From the NCBI GenBank assembly GCA_947626685.1, contig CANQTD010000001.1, positions 34,393 through 98,392 of the forward strand: a stretch of 64,000 nucleotides of DNA, read 5' to 3'. The notes beneath the pieces were generated by a model. It was not told the DNA's origin, did not search any database, and saw only the letters and a list, made by a program, of their open reading frames with translations. Of this stretch, positions 26,756 through 36,543 are shown one piece after another. Position 1 is the first letter of the stretch. Each line of letters starts with the position of its first letter. The DNA is from an uncultured Clostridia bacterium (GTDB lineage Bacteria > Bacillota > Clostridia > Christensenellales > Borkfalkiaceae). Made by a program: the position numbers and the translations under genes.

Positions 26756-27223
26756 TCAGACAGGATCCGAACCGCCGTCTGCTGGCGGATCGGTCTGCGG
26801 GACCGCATTGCGGGCGAGTTCGTCGCAACGGTTGTTGAGCTCGTCGTCCGCATGCCCCTTTACCTTATGGAAGGTCACCTTGTGCGTGCGCGTGAGCGAG
26901 AGCAGGCGTTTCCAGAGGTCGTCGTTGAGAACGGGTTTTCTGTCCGCCTTCCGCCAACCGCTCTTCTCCCAACCGTAGACCCAGCCGCCGTCGAAAGCAT
27001 TGACGGTGTAGGCGGAATCGGAGTAGACGTCGACCGCGCAGGGATATTTGAGCCTTTCGAGCCCCGCGATGACCGCCATGAGCTCCATGCGGTTGTTCGT
27101 CGTCTCCTCTTCGCCGCCCGAAAGTTCGAGACGGTGCGTCCCGTAGATCAGCACGCACCCCCATCCTCCCGCGCCGGGATTGCCCGAACACGCGCCGTCC
27201 GTGTAAAGCGTCACTTTCTTCAT
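26756..27223 (-). CDS. rnhA: ribonuclease HI
   Basis: Internal ATG (MKKVTLYTDGACSGNPGAGGWG). It has TNNRMEL, DSAY and KVKGHADDELNNRCDELA. It is 155 aa long. Confidence 0.92.
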   Translation of the reverse strand: MKKVTLYTDGACSGNPGAGGWGCVLIYGTHRLELSGGEEETTNNRMELMAVIAGLERLKYPCAVDVYSDSAYTVNAFDGGWVYGWEKSGWRKADRKPVLNDDLWKRLLSLTRTHKVTFHKVKGHADDELNNRCDELARNAVPQTDPPADGGSDPV

Positions 27224-27244
27224 ATCAGACCGTCCGTCGGTGTA

Positions 27245-27276
27245 AGTAAAGCCGCCGCAAACTCTGTTGCGGCGGC
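27245..27276 (-). terminator. GC-rich hairpin immediately 3' of tRNA-Trp (probable terminator)
   Basis: The minus strand reads GCCGCCGCAAcagagtTTGCGGCGGC followed by TTTACTT. Confidence 0.5.
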
Positions 27277-27278
27277 TT

Positions 27279-27353
27279 TGGCAGGGGAGACGCGACTCGA
27301 ACACGCAACAGACGGTTTTGGAGACCGTTGCTCTACCATTGAACTACTCCCCT
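27279..27353 (-). tRNA. tRNA-Trp (anticodon CCA), 3' CCA encoded
   Basis: The minus strand reads AGGGGAGTAGTTCAATGGTAGAGCAACGGTCTCCAAAACCGTCTGTTGCGTGTTCGAGTCGCGTCTCCCCTGCCA. It folds as a cloverleaf: 7-bp acceptor stem, anticodon stem ACGGT/ACCGT with loop CTCCAAA, and T-loop GTTCGAGTC. Confidence 0.93.
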
Positions 27354-27365
27354 GTGCGCATGATT

Positions 27366-27394
27366 ATTATAGCTCATCCGCCGTCTTTCGTCAA
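27366..27394 (-). promoter_or_regulatory. tRNA-Trp promoter (TTGACG-17-TATAAT)
   Basis: The minus strand reads TTGACGaaagacggcggatgagcTATAAT, 12 nt upstream of the mature 5' end. Confidence 0.7.
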
Positions 27395-27449
27395 GAAGTT
27401 TTTGCGGGATTTCCGAAAAAACTGTATCGTTGAACGCCGTTTTTGAAGA

Positions 27450-27466
27450 ATTATGTCTGACATAAT
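27450..27466. repeat. perfect AT-rich palindrome ATTATGTCtGACATAAT nested in a longer hairpin (27437..27480)
   Basis: It begins 14 nt after the purB stop codon. The outer arms are CCGTTTTTGAAGAA / TTCAAAACGG. Confidence 0.6.
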
Positions 27467-27480
27467 ACTGTTCAAAACGG

Positions 27481-28917
27481 CTAAATACGCACATCGCCCG
27501 TCAAGCCGAGGTCGCCCTCGTGCCGCCTGAGGATGGGATCGATCTCGTTTTCGATAAATTCCGCCGTCTGCTGCGGGGCTCTCCCCACGAATTTCTTCGC
27601 GTCGACGATGCCGTCAAGTTTTCCGTGCACGGCGGCGAACAGCGGATCTGCGGCGATGCGTGCGAGGAGGTCGTTTTCTCCCCCCTCCCGCTTCACGTTC
27701 GAAGCCGCGGCCATAGAGAGCTCGCGGAGCCGCTCATGGAGCTCCTGCCTGTTCCCACCCGCCTTCACGCACTCCATCATGATGTTCTCCGTCGCCATGA
27801 AGGGAAGTTCGGCGGCGACATGGCGGGCGATCACCTTGTCGTAGACGACGAGATTTTCCGCAATGTTGAGATAGAGCTCGAGGATGGCGTCGGCGGCAAG
27901 GAACGCCTGCGCGTTGACGATGCGGCGGTTCGAGGAGTCGTCGAGCGTGCGCTCGAACCATTGCGCGGAAGAAGTCATCGCGCTGTTGACGGGAAGCGAG
28001 ATCAGATAGCGGCACAGCCCCCCCATCCGCTCCGAACGCATGGGATTCCGCTTATATGCCATTGCAGAGGAGCCGATCTGGTATTTTTCGAAAGGTTCCT
28101 CCACCTCTTTCATGCTCTGGAGAAGGCGGATATCGCCCGAGAATTTATAGGCGCTCTGGGCGATCTGCGAGAGGACGCTGAGCACATTATAATCGAATTT
28201 GCGGGGATACGTCTGCCCCGTCACGCCGTATACTTTTTCGCAGCCGAGCTTGGCGCAGACCCTTTTTTCGAGTTCCTTGACCTTTTCCCCGTCCCCGTCG
28301 AAGAGGTCCAAGAAGCTCGCCTGCGTGCCTGTCGTCCCCTTTACCCCGCGCAGTTTGAAGCGGGAGAGCAGATCTTCGAGGCTGCCGTAATCGAGCAGAA
28401 GATCCTGAAGCCAGAGCGTCGCGCGCTTCCCGACGGTGGTGAGCTGGGCGGGCTGCAAATGCGTGAATCCGAGCGTGGGGAGCCCGCGGTATGCGAGCGC
28501 GAACTTTTTGAGCTTCTCCATGACGTTGACGAGCTTCCTTTGCAAGATCGTCAGCCCGTCTCTCAGGATAATGAGCTCGGAATTGCAGGTGACGAAACAG
28601 CTCGTAGCCCCCAAATGGATGATCCCCGCCGCGCCCGGCGCAACTTCCCCGTACGCACGGACATGCGCCATGACGTCGTGGCGGACCTGCCGCTCGATCT
28701 CTTCCGCACGGGAAAAATCAATATCGTTTTCGTGCGCTTTGAGTTCCGCGACCTGCGCCTCCGTAATGGGAAGCCCCAGCTCCATCTCGCTCTCCGCAAG
28801 TGCGATCCAAAGCTTTCTCCAAAGACGGAACTTCTTCGCGTCTCCGAAGTTCTCCTGCATCTCGCGGCTCGCGTATCGCGTCGTCAGAGGGTTCTCGGAA
28901 TATAGTTTGTCTGACAT
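27481..28917 (-). CDS. purB: adenylosuccinate lyase
   Basis: It is a fumarate-lyase superfamily member, with MSDKLYSENPLTTRYAS at the N-terminus and the signature GSSAMAYKRNP. The ATG at 28917 is preferred over the upstream TTG used by the ORF track. Confidence 0.93.
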   Translation of the reverse strand: MSDKLYSENPLTTRYASREMQENFGDAKKFRLWRKLWIALAESEMELGLPITEAQVAELKAHENDIDFSRAEEIERQVRHDVMAHVRAYGEVAPGAAGIIHLGATSCFVTCNSELIILRDGLTILQRKLVNVMEKLKKFALAYRGLPTLGFTHLQPAQLTTVGKRATLWLQDLLLDYGSLEDLLSRFKLRGVKGTTGTQASFLDLFDGDGEKVKELEKRVCAKLGCEKVYGVTGQTYPRKFDYNVLSVLSQIAQSAYKFSGDIRLLQSMKEVEEPFEKYQIGSSAMAYKRNPMRSERMGGLCRYLISLPVNSAMTSSAQWFERTLDDSSNRRIVNAQAFLAADAILELYLNIAENLVVYDKVIARHVAAELPFMATENIMMECVKAGGNRQELHERLRELSMAAASNVKREGGENDLLARIAADPLFAAVHGKLDGIVDAKKFVGRAPQQTAEFIENEIDPILRRHEGDLGLTGDVRI

Positions 28918-28950
28918 AGTACCTCGCAAAAACGAAAAATCTGCCTTTAT

Positions 28951-29466
28951 TTATAATTTTACGGGCTCGGGATAGTCCGTGCCGAATGTTTCGACGGTGA
29001 CCTTCCTGATGCGCTGCTCGGTGACGGGACGGTCCGTTCTTCCCGTCGGCGTGTTTGCGATCTCGTCGACGACATCCATCCCCTCCGTCACTTTGCCGAA
29101 TGCGGCGTACTGCCGGTCGAGATAGAGCGCGTCGGCGTGCATGACAAAGAACTGCGAGCCCGCCGAATCGGGATGACCCGCGCGCGCCATCGAGAGCACG
29201 CCGCGCGTGTGGTGCAGATCGTTGCGGAAGCCGTTCGCCGTAAACTCGCCCTTGATGCGATAGCCGGGGCCTCCCGTACCCGTGCCCGTGGGATCCCCTC
29301 CCTGTATCATGAACCCCGCGATCACGCGGTGAAAGATGATCCCGTCGTAAAAGCCCTTCCTGACGAGAGAGATGAAGTTATTCACGGTATTCGGCGCGAC
29401 CGAGGGATAGAGCTCCGCACGGAAAATCTTGCCGTTTTCCATTTCAAAAGTCACGATCGGATCCAT
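28951..29466 (-). CDS. ppiB: peptidyl-prolyl cis-trans isomerase (cyclophilin type)
   Basis: It has FHRVIAGFMIQGGDP, LSMARAG and GSQFFV. Confidence 0.93.
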   Translation of the reverse strand: MDPIVTFEMENGKIFRAELYPSVAPNTVNNFISLVRKGFYDGIIFHRVIAGFMIQGGDPTGTGTGGPGYRIKGEFTANGFRNDLHHTRGVLSMARAGHPDSAGSQFFVMHADALYLDRQYAAFGKVTEGMDVVDEIANTPTGRTDRPVTEQRIRKVTVETFGTDYPEPVKL

Positions 29467-29824
29467 AGGTTTCTCCTTTCCATTCTATATTTGGTAGCAA
29501 CTCGATCCCGAGCACGCCCCATTTTTTCTCTTCCTCTTCCGAATAGTAGACGCGCATCTCTTCGGCCGCCTGCGCAGGGCTTCGATCTTTCCAATCGCAC
29601 TTCCCGAGCATGCCTTCGCGCGAAAAAAGCTCCACGAAAGAATCCGCCCGATGAAGCGAGACGATCTGTGCGCAAAGTGTTTCTTCTCCGCATGAAAATG
29701 AGACAGCGTCGCCTACGCGAAGAGCGCGGCGTTTCTCATCATAAAGGCGCACTTCGACCGTCTTTTCCCCGCATAGCATCTGTTTGAACGGCTGCGGGGA
29801 GAGGTGCATTTTGAATCTGCTCAT
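29444..29824 (-). CDS. ASCH domain-containing protein
   Basis: PFKQMLCGEKTVEVRLYDEKRRALRVGD resembles the ASCH/PUA-like fold. The start was chosen at the first ATG after the upstream stop (alternative 29809). Its 3' end overlaps ppiB by 23 nt. Confidence 0.6.
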   Translation of the reverse strand: MSRFKMHLSPQPFKQMLCGEKTVEVRLYDEKRRALRVGDAVSFSCGEETLCAQIVSLHRADSFVELFSREGMLGKCDWKDRSPAQAAEEMRVYYSEEEEKKWGVLGIELLPNIEWKGETYGSDRDF

Positions 29825-29825
29825 C

Positions 29826-30269
29826 TCACTCGCCGTACTTTTCGAGTTTTGTGCCGGCCTCGGAGAAGAGTTGCATGGAAAATTCGTCGGGATAGCCCTC
29901 ACGGTAGACAACGCGCACGATCCCCGCGTTGATGATCATCTTCGCGCAGATCACGCAGGGCTGATGGGTGCAGTACAGGGTGGAACCGCTGATATTGATG
30001 CCGTATTTCGCCGCCTGAATGATCGCATTCTGTTCGGCGTGGGCGGCAAAACAGAGTTCGTGGCGCGTTCCGCTCGGGATCCCGAGCTTCTCGCGGAGAC
30101 ATTCTCCACGCTCCGTGCAAGACTCGATCCCCGTCGGCGCGCCGTTGTAGCCCGTCGTCATGACGCGCTTGTCGCGCACGATGACGGCTCCCACTTTTCT
30201 CCTGAGGCAGCTCGACCACGTTCCCACCTCTTCGGTGAGTCGCATAAACCGCTCGTCCCAATTCTCCAT
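29826..30269 (-). CDS. deoxycytidylate (dCMP) deaminase, ComEB family
   Basis: Internal ATG (MENWDERFM) with RBS GGGAGG. The zinc motifs are HAEQNAI and PCVICAKMI. Confidence 0.9.
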   Translation of the reverse strand: MENWDERFMRLTEEVGTWSSCLRRKVGAVIVRDKRVMTTGYNGAPTGIESCTERGECLREKLGIPSGTRHELCFAAHAEQNAIIQAAKYGINISGSTLYCTHQPCVICAKMIINAGIVRVVYREGYPDEFSMQLFSEAGTKLEKYGE

Positions 30270-30296
30270 TTTTTGACCTCCCGGATTTCCGAGTGC

Positions 30297-30326
30297 ATTA
30301 TACCACATTTGCGGACGCACTGTCAA
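30297..30326 (-). promoter_or_regulatory. promoter of the dCMP-deaminase operon (TTGACA-18-TATAAT with an upstream TG)
   Basis: The minus strand reads TTGACAgtgcgtccgcaaatgtggTATAAT. Confidence 0.6.
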
Positions 30327-30389
30327 CAGCGAAAAACCGAATGTCGGCAAACAACCAAAAAATCTTGGAAAATTCTTCCGTTTTTTTGT

Positions 30390-30417
30390 TTGACTTGCCC
30401 CGCAATGCGTTTATAAT
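30390..30417 (+). promoter_or_regulatory. groESL promoter (TTGACT-16-TATAAT); no CIRCE element present
   Basis: The sequence is TTGACTtgccccgcaatgcgttTATAAT, 30 nt upstream of the groES ATG. Confidence 0.7.
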
Positions 30418-30448
30418 ATATAAGGTAAAATCCTAAGGAGGTTCTTTC

Positions 30449-30733
30449 ATGAATATCAAACCCTTGTTCGATAAGGTGGTGGTCGAAGCGGTCACCGTCG
30501 AAGAGAAAACGAAGAGCGGCTTCATTCTCCCCTCTTCCGCGCAGGAAAAGCCGCAGACGTGCGTCGTCGTAGCCGTAGGCCCCGGCGGGATCGTAGACGG
30601 AAAGGAAACCGTCATGCAGGTAAAAGTGGGCGACAAAGTCCTCTGCTCCAAGTATGCGGGTTCCGATTTTAAGGTGGACGGCAAAGAGTTCACCATCATC
30701 AAGCAGAGCGATATCCTCGCGATCGTCGAGTAA
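30449..30733 (+). CDS. groES: co-chaperonin GroES
   Basis: MNIKPLFDKVVV...TKSGFILP...VVAVGPG matches the family. It is 94 aa long. Confidence 0.97.
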   Translation: MNIKPLFDKVVVEAVTVEEKTKSGFILPSSAQEKPQTCVVVAVGPGGIVDGKETVMQVKVGDKVLCSKYAGSDFKVDGKEFTIIKQSDILAIVE

Positions 30734-30769
30734 CGCCCGAAAATTCCAAATCCATTCAAAATCAATTAA

Positions 30770-32446
<1,677 letters not shown>

Positions 32447-32587
32447 TTCCGTGCATGGCGAATATGCGGGCGCAGTACTGACAGGGCTCCCGCAAAAAGA
32501 CGAAGTATTTTTGTGGGAAAAGGAGGCGCCGCGAAGAATACAGCAGCCGTGCAAACGGCTGCGCAAACACGGAGCGTGCGCCGACGC

Positions 32588-32647
32588 GGCGGCATGGACG
32601 GAATGTACTAAAAAATCTCGGAGCCTTCGGGCTCCGATTTTTTTATT
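32588..32647 (+). repeat. direct repeat copy 2 (orphan groEL 3' end plus second terminator)
   Basis: It is identical to copy 1 except for one fewer A, and lies 200-201 bp downstream of it. Confidence 0.9.
32618..32644. terminator. second copy of the terminator hairpin; can also serve the convergent SDR gene
   Basis: The same TCGGAGCCttcgGGCTCCGA stem is flanked by an A-run and a T-run. Confidence 0.75.
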
Positions 32648-32754
32648 GTCTAACATTGTAGAGCACAACCCCTTTCGGCACACTTCGTGCCACTTTCCCC
32701 AAAGGGGACAGCGAGAATTGCTTGTATCGAGGCGAGGCCCCTTGCGGAGTGGTC

Positions 32755-33756
32755 TTACCCGAGATTTTTGTATTTCAGATACGTTTCGCGGAGAGCTTCG
32801 CTCACGGTATAGAGCGGACGGTAGCCGATCGCTTTGAGTTTGCCAAAATCGAGGATCGCGTAATTCGCGGCGGAAACCCCTTGATTTTTCGAGGGATCGA
32901 AGTCAAAAACGACTTTTCGCCCTGCGAACGAGGCGATGAGGCGGGCGTAATCGCCTAAGGTAAGTCCTTCGTCCTCCTCCGCGACGTTGTAGGCCTCTCC
33001 GCTCTCCCCGTTCAGCAGGATCGTATAGAGCGCGGCGACGGCGTCCACGACATAGCAGTAAGAAAAGGCTTGCCTGCCTGCGCTCTTCAAAAGAATGTCC
33101 TCTCCCGCGACCGCTTTGGCGAGGAATTGCGCGAGAGCCTTGCTGTCCGCCTTTTCATCGTAACCGAAGCAGCGGGAAAGGCGCGCGATCACGCAGTCGG
33201 TTCCGTATTGGGCGCGGTACGATTGGCAGAGGCTCTCGGAGAGCCGTTTCGATTCGTTATATCCCGCCCGCGCGGTGTTGCAGTCGAGATCTCCGCAGAA
33301 CTGCTCGTTCATGGGAGTTCCCTTCCCGTCGCCGTAGATCTCCACGCTCGAAGCGAGCAAAAAACGCTCGCTCCCCCATCGCCGCGCCGTTTCGAGCAGG
33401 TGATAGCAACCGAAAATATTTGTCGTGATCGTTCCGACGGGGTCGCTGCGGTACTGCTCGGGATGCGTATTCGAGGCGAGATGAAGGATAAAATCGGGCT
33501 TGAAACCAATCTCGAGCGGGCGGGTGATATCGTGGGACAAGTATGTGACCGTATCGTCGCTCTCCCGCGTGCGGCGTGATAAGCTCACGATCCCGATCCC
33601 GTCTCCGAGCTCGTTCCTGCGGCGGGCGACTTCAATGAAAAAACTGCCGAGAAGCCCCGTTCCGCCGCTGATGAGGATCTTTTTATTCTTTAATTTTTCC
33701 CACGGAAGTGCGAGGGAAGCGACCCGTTCCGCCTCCGCTCTGTATGCGCCGCTCAT
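32755..33756 (-). CDS. NAD-dependent epimerase/dehydratase-family (extended SDR) protein
   Basis: It has the Rossmann motif ILISGGTGLLGSF and the catalytic YNESK. Its start overlaps the stop of the upstream cytidylyltransferase gene by 4 nt. Confidence 0.85.
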   Translation of the reverse strand: MSGAYRAEAERVASLALPWEKLKNKKILISGGTGLLGSFFIEVARRRNELGDGIGIVSLSRRTRESDDTVTYLSHDITRPLEIGFKPDFILHLASNTHPEQYRSDPVGTITTNIFGCYHLLETARRWGSERFLLASSVEIYGDGKGTPMNEQFCGDLDCNTARAGYNESKRLSESLCQSYRAQYGTDCVIARLSRCFGYDEKADSKALAQFLAKAVAGEDILLKSAGRQAFSYCYVVDAVAALYTILLNGESGEAYNVAEEDEGLTLGDYARLIASFAGRKVVFDFDPSKNQGVSAANYAILDFGKLKAIGYRPLYTVSEALRETYLKYKNLG

Positions 33757-34475
33757 TTGAGAAGCGGGTCCTTTTTGGATTGGATATAGGCTTTGAAAAT
33801 ATAAAAATCTTCACGGGTGGTCAATTTGATATTTTTATCGGAGCCCTTTGCGAAATAGAGCGTTTCGCCGAGGTCGCTCATCATCGTATTGACGTAGGAA
33901 GAGGGCGTGAGCCCGATCCCCTCCCGGAAGGCCTTTTCGTATGCCCAATGCAGTTTGCCCAAACGGTATGCCTGCGGCGTGGAGACGCGGCGCACCGTCT
34001 CGCGGGGAATATAGCGGTTCGTCGTTTTTCCGTCCTGCGCAAGAAAAATTTGTTCGTTGTACGGAAGAGAGGTCACGGCGTTCCCGTTTTCCCTGCAGAC
34101 GGAGATCACGTCGGAGAGCACTTCTTCGTCCACGAGCGGACGGATCCCGTCGTGGATGACGACGATCGTATCGTCGGGATATTTCCCGTATATGGCATTC
34201 ACGCCGCGGGAAATGGATTCCTGCGCGGACGCGCCGCCCGAGATCACTTCCTTTAACTTGGTGATGCCGAATTGGTGCGCGAAGCACTTCAAAACATCGT
34301 GCCAGCCGTCGATGCAGACGACGAAGATGCCGTCGATCTCCTCCGACCTTTGGAAGTTTTCAAGGGTATAGATGATGACGGGCTTCTCCATGACCGTGAG
34401 GAACTGCTTGGGGATGTCCTGCCCCATCCGGTGGCCTGAGCCGCCCGCAAGGATCAATGCGATATTCATAATCAC
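33753..34475 (-). CDS. IspD/TarI-family cytidylyltransferase (probable CDP-alditol synthase)
   Basis: It has ALILAGGSGHRMGQDIPKQFL, VIHDGIRP and a C-terminal NIKLTTREDF. Its context with LicD favours a TarI-like role over MEP-pathway IspD. Confidence 0.8.
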   Translation of the reverse strand: MIMNIALILAGGSGHRMGQDIPKQFLTVMEKPVIIYTLENFQRSEEIDGIFVVCIDGWHDVLKCFAHQFGITKLKEVISGGASAQESISRGVNAIYGKYPDDTIVVIHDGIRPLVDEEVLSDVISVCRENGNAVTSLPYNEQIFLAQDGKTTNRYIPRETVRRVSTPQAYRLGKLHWAYEKAFREGIGLTPSSYVNTMMSDLGETLYFAKGSDKNIKLTTREDFYIFKAYIQSKKDPLLK

Positions 34476-35299
34476 TCCTGTTCGACAAGATATGCTTTCA
34501 GACTGTGCGTCTCGCGGCCGCCCTCGGGGGGCGGCGTCATATAGTCTCCGTAACGAATTTTAAGCCATTCGTCCCAATGGGAAATGACCATAAACCTGTA
34601 TCCTTCAAACTCGGTTTCTTCATACGAACAGTACCATTCGGTGGGTACATAGACTCGATTCGCCCCGAAGTTGGTACAATCGCTATCCCTGCTTTCTCCA
34701 AACGGAAATTTCTGCGCGTTACGGTTGAGTTTTTCGACGGCACGCCTGCGGACGCCGAAGATCTTCAAAACCACATACGGGAAAAAGGAGAGGATGCGCA
34801 CGGGTATCCGCCAAAAGCCGGAGACCGATGGCCAATGGGAAAGCATTGTCTCATCGATCAAGATCTGATTGCGGCGCGCCTCTCTCTTTCTCGTCTTTTC
34901 GTCGTCTGCGACCCCATCCACCGGGAAGATGTCGAGGTAGAGATACGGGACTTCTAAATGGGTATTGCTTGAAATACGATAGGCGGAGTTCATCAGTTTC
35001 ATGAACGAATAATCGGGATTTCTCCCCCTATCGGAAGAAAGGAGATATCCGTTCGGAAGAACATCCTCTCCACCGTTCACCATTTCAAGCAATTTTTCAT
35101 AATCGGGGCGTGGCATCGTGACATCGACGTCGTCGTCCCACGGGATGAATCCCTTATGGCGGACCGCACCGAGGAGCGTACCGTATGCGAGCGAGTAACG
35201 AAGCCCGTGTTTGCGGCAGATCCCATCGAACACGACGAGGAGCTCCAAAAGCGCATCCTGCGTTTGCCGCAAAGTTAAAAATTCTCTCTCTTGTTTCAT
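34472..35299 (-). CDS. LicD-family phosphotransferase
   Basis: It has the LicD core YGTLLGAVRHKGFIPWDDDVDVTM and a later DIFPVD. Confidence 0.85.
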   Translation of the reverse strand: MKQEREFLTLRQTQDALLELLVVFDGICRKHGLRYSLAYGTLLGAVRHKGFIPWDDDVDVTMPRPDYEKLLEMVNGGEDVLPNGYLLSSDRGRNPDYSFMKLMNSAYRISSNTHLEVPYLYLDIFPVDGVADDEKTRKREARRNQILIDETMLSHWPSVSGFWRIPVRILSFFPYVVLKIFGVRRRAVEKLNRNAQKFPFGESRDSDCTNFGANRVYVPTEWYCSYEETEFEGYRFMVISHWDEWLKIRYGDYMTPPPEGGRETHSLKAYLVEQE

Positions 35300-36477
35300 T
35301 TTGTACCTCGTTGAAGCTCTGTCCTTTTTTCTTCGATCAGTTTCTCATAGAGCGGAATGTGCGCGGCGACCGTATCCGCCCAACTTGTGGGAACGCGTTC
35401 GGCGGCACGTTTTCCGGTCTCGCGGAGGTTATCTTTATCTTGGAACAGGCGGACGATCCTCTCGCCGAATGCGGCGGGATCCTCGGGCGAGGTGAAGCCC
35501 GTCTCGCCCTCCTCGATGCGTTCGCTGCATCCCCAATGTTCAATAACGAGGGAAGGAATACCGCGGCAAGCCGCTTCTACAACGACGATCGGGTCGGTAT
35601 CGAATGTACTCGCCGTCACAAATAAGTCCGCAAGCGCATAGACGCGTTGCATGCGTTCTTTCTCCTCTATGATCCCATAGAATATGACATTCTCCAAAAT
35701 GCCGAGTTTCTTCGCCTGTTTTTTGAACTTCTTCTCATCATCGCGGCTACCAACGAGCATCAACTTTCCGCAAAAACCCCTGTCGATCGCCTCTTTCATG
35801 GCGTCGATGAGAAACCCGACGTTCTTGTATCGTATGACGTGCCCGACATAGAGCAAGATATCTTCGTCATCACGAAAGCCGAATTCCCTCCGGACAGCCC
35901 GTCTTTCGTCGTCCGTAACAAGCAATCTCGGATACATTGCGCCATTGCGTATCACGGGGATCGGAGAAACGCTCCGATAGCCATAACTCTCGATGATCTT
36001 CGGCATGAATGAAGCGACGGTCACAACGGCGTCCGTATGTTTTGCGTTCTTCATTTGCGTTTTGAGAAAGATGCGCGACAGAGTGTCGAATTTGAGATAT
36101 GTCCGAAACGCATCGAGAAGTTTCGTGTGCATCGTCATGAGCACGGGGACGCCGCATTTTCTCGCCACTTTTATTCCGATCTCGGCCATGCCGGAAAGTG
36201 TCTCGGCATGAACAATGTCAGGAGAAAACTCCACAAGTTTTTTGAAATTTTTCCCCGCGAACGCAGAGAATACGATTGGCGCATTCTCGATAAAATACAG
36301 ACTTGGAAACCGCACAACAGGAAACGGATATTCCCTCGGATCCTCCATGTGATAATCCGGGCATGCAAGAAGGACCTCGTGCCCTTCCGCAACGAGTTCA
36401 GTCGCAAATCCCAAACAGGCAGCTTCCGTCCCTCCGATCCCCGGATAAAAATTATCGGTCGCAATGAGAATTTTCAT
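35296..36477 (-). CDS. glycosyltransferase family 4 (GT-B fold)
   Basis: Internal ATG (MKILIATDNFYPGIGGTE) with RBS AGAGGG. The C-terminal EX7E-like segment is FDTDPIVVVEAACRGIP. Confidence 0.85.
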   Translation of the reverse strand: MKILIATDNFYPGIGGTEAACLGFATELVAEGHEVLLACPDYHMEDPREYPFPVVRFPSLYFIENAPIVFSAFAGKNFKKLVEFSPDIVHAETLSGMAEIGIKVARKCGVPVLMTMHTKLLDAFRTYLKFDTLSRIFLKTQMKNAKHTDAVVTVASFMPKIIESYGYRSVSPIPVIRNGAMYPRLLVTDDERRAVRREFGFRDDEDILLYVGHVIRYKNVGFLIDAMKEAIDRGFCGKLMLVGSRDDEKKFKKQAKKLGILENVIFYGIIEEKERMQRVYALADLFVTASTFDTDPIVVVEAACRGIPSLVIEHWGCSERIEEGETGFTSPEDPAAFGERIVRLFQDKDNLRETGKRAAERVPTSWADTVAAHIPLYEKLIEEKRTELQRGTK

Positions 36478-36543
36478 AGATCCCTCTGCACAATGAAACC
36501 GACGCGCGGAAAGGCGTGTCGATCTCAAACGTTGTGTTCTGTT

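Noticed and set aside
27450-27466. Possibility that TTATG-N5-CATAA palindromes are dif/Xer sites.
   Set aside because: dif has the arms in the opposite order (..CATAA-N6-TTATG..) with longer specific arms. There are multiple copies per 64 kb, and their position right after stop codons does not fit a single terminus site.
28903-28922. Palindrome-family look-alikes at the purB start (28903..28922) and inside miaA (58798..58817).
   Set aside because: Both lie in constrained functional sequence: the purB RBS and start codon, and the conserved SDIIQKNTRNYAKRQ region of miaA. They have lost the right-hand arm. They may be chance 13-16 nt matches, so they are mentioned but not counted as family members.
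30291-30300. GAGTGCATTA resembling the right half of CIRCE.
   Set aside because: No TTAGCACTC partner lies 9 nt upstream, and the sequence overlaps the -10 region of the divergent dCMP-deaminase promoter.
32447-32611. Open frame between the two groEL-end repeats, ending in ...RRRGGMDGMY*.
   Set aside because: It has no ATG, only a poorly placed GTG, and no RBS at a suitable distance. The frame is open only because it reuses the duplicated groEL tail.
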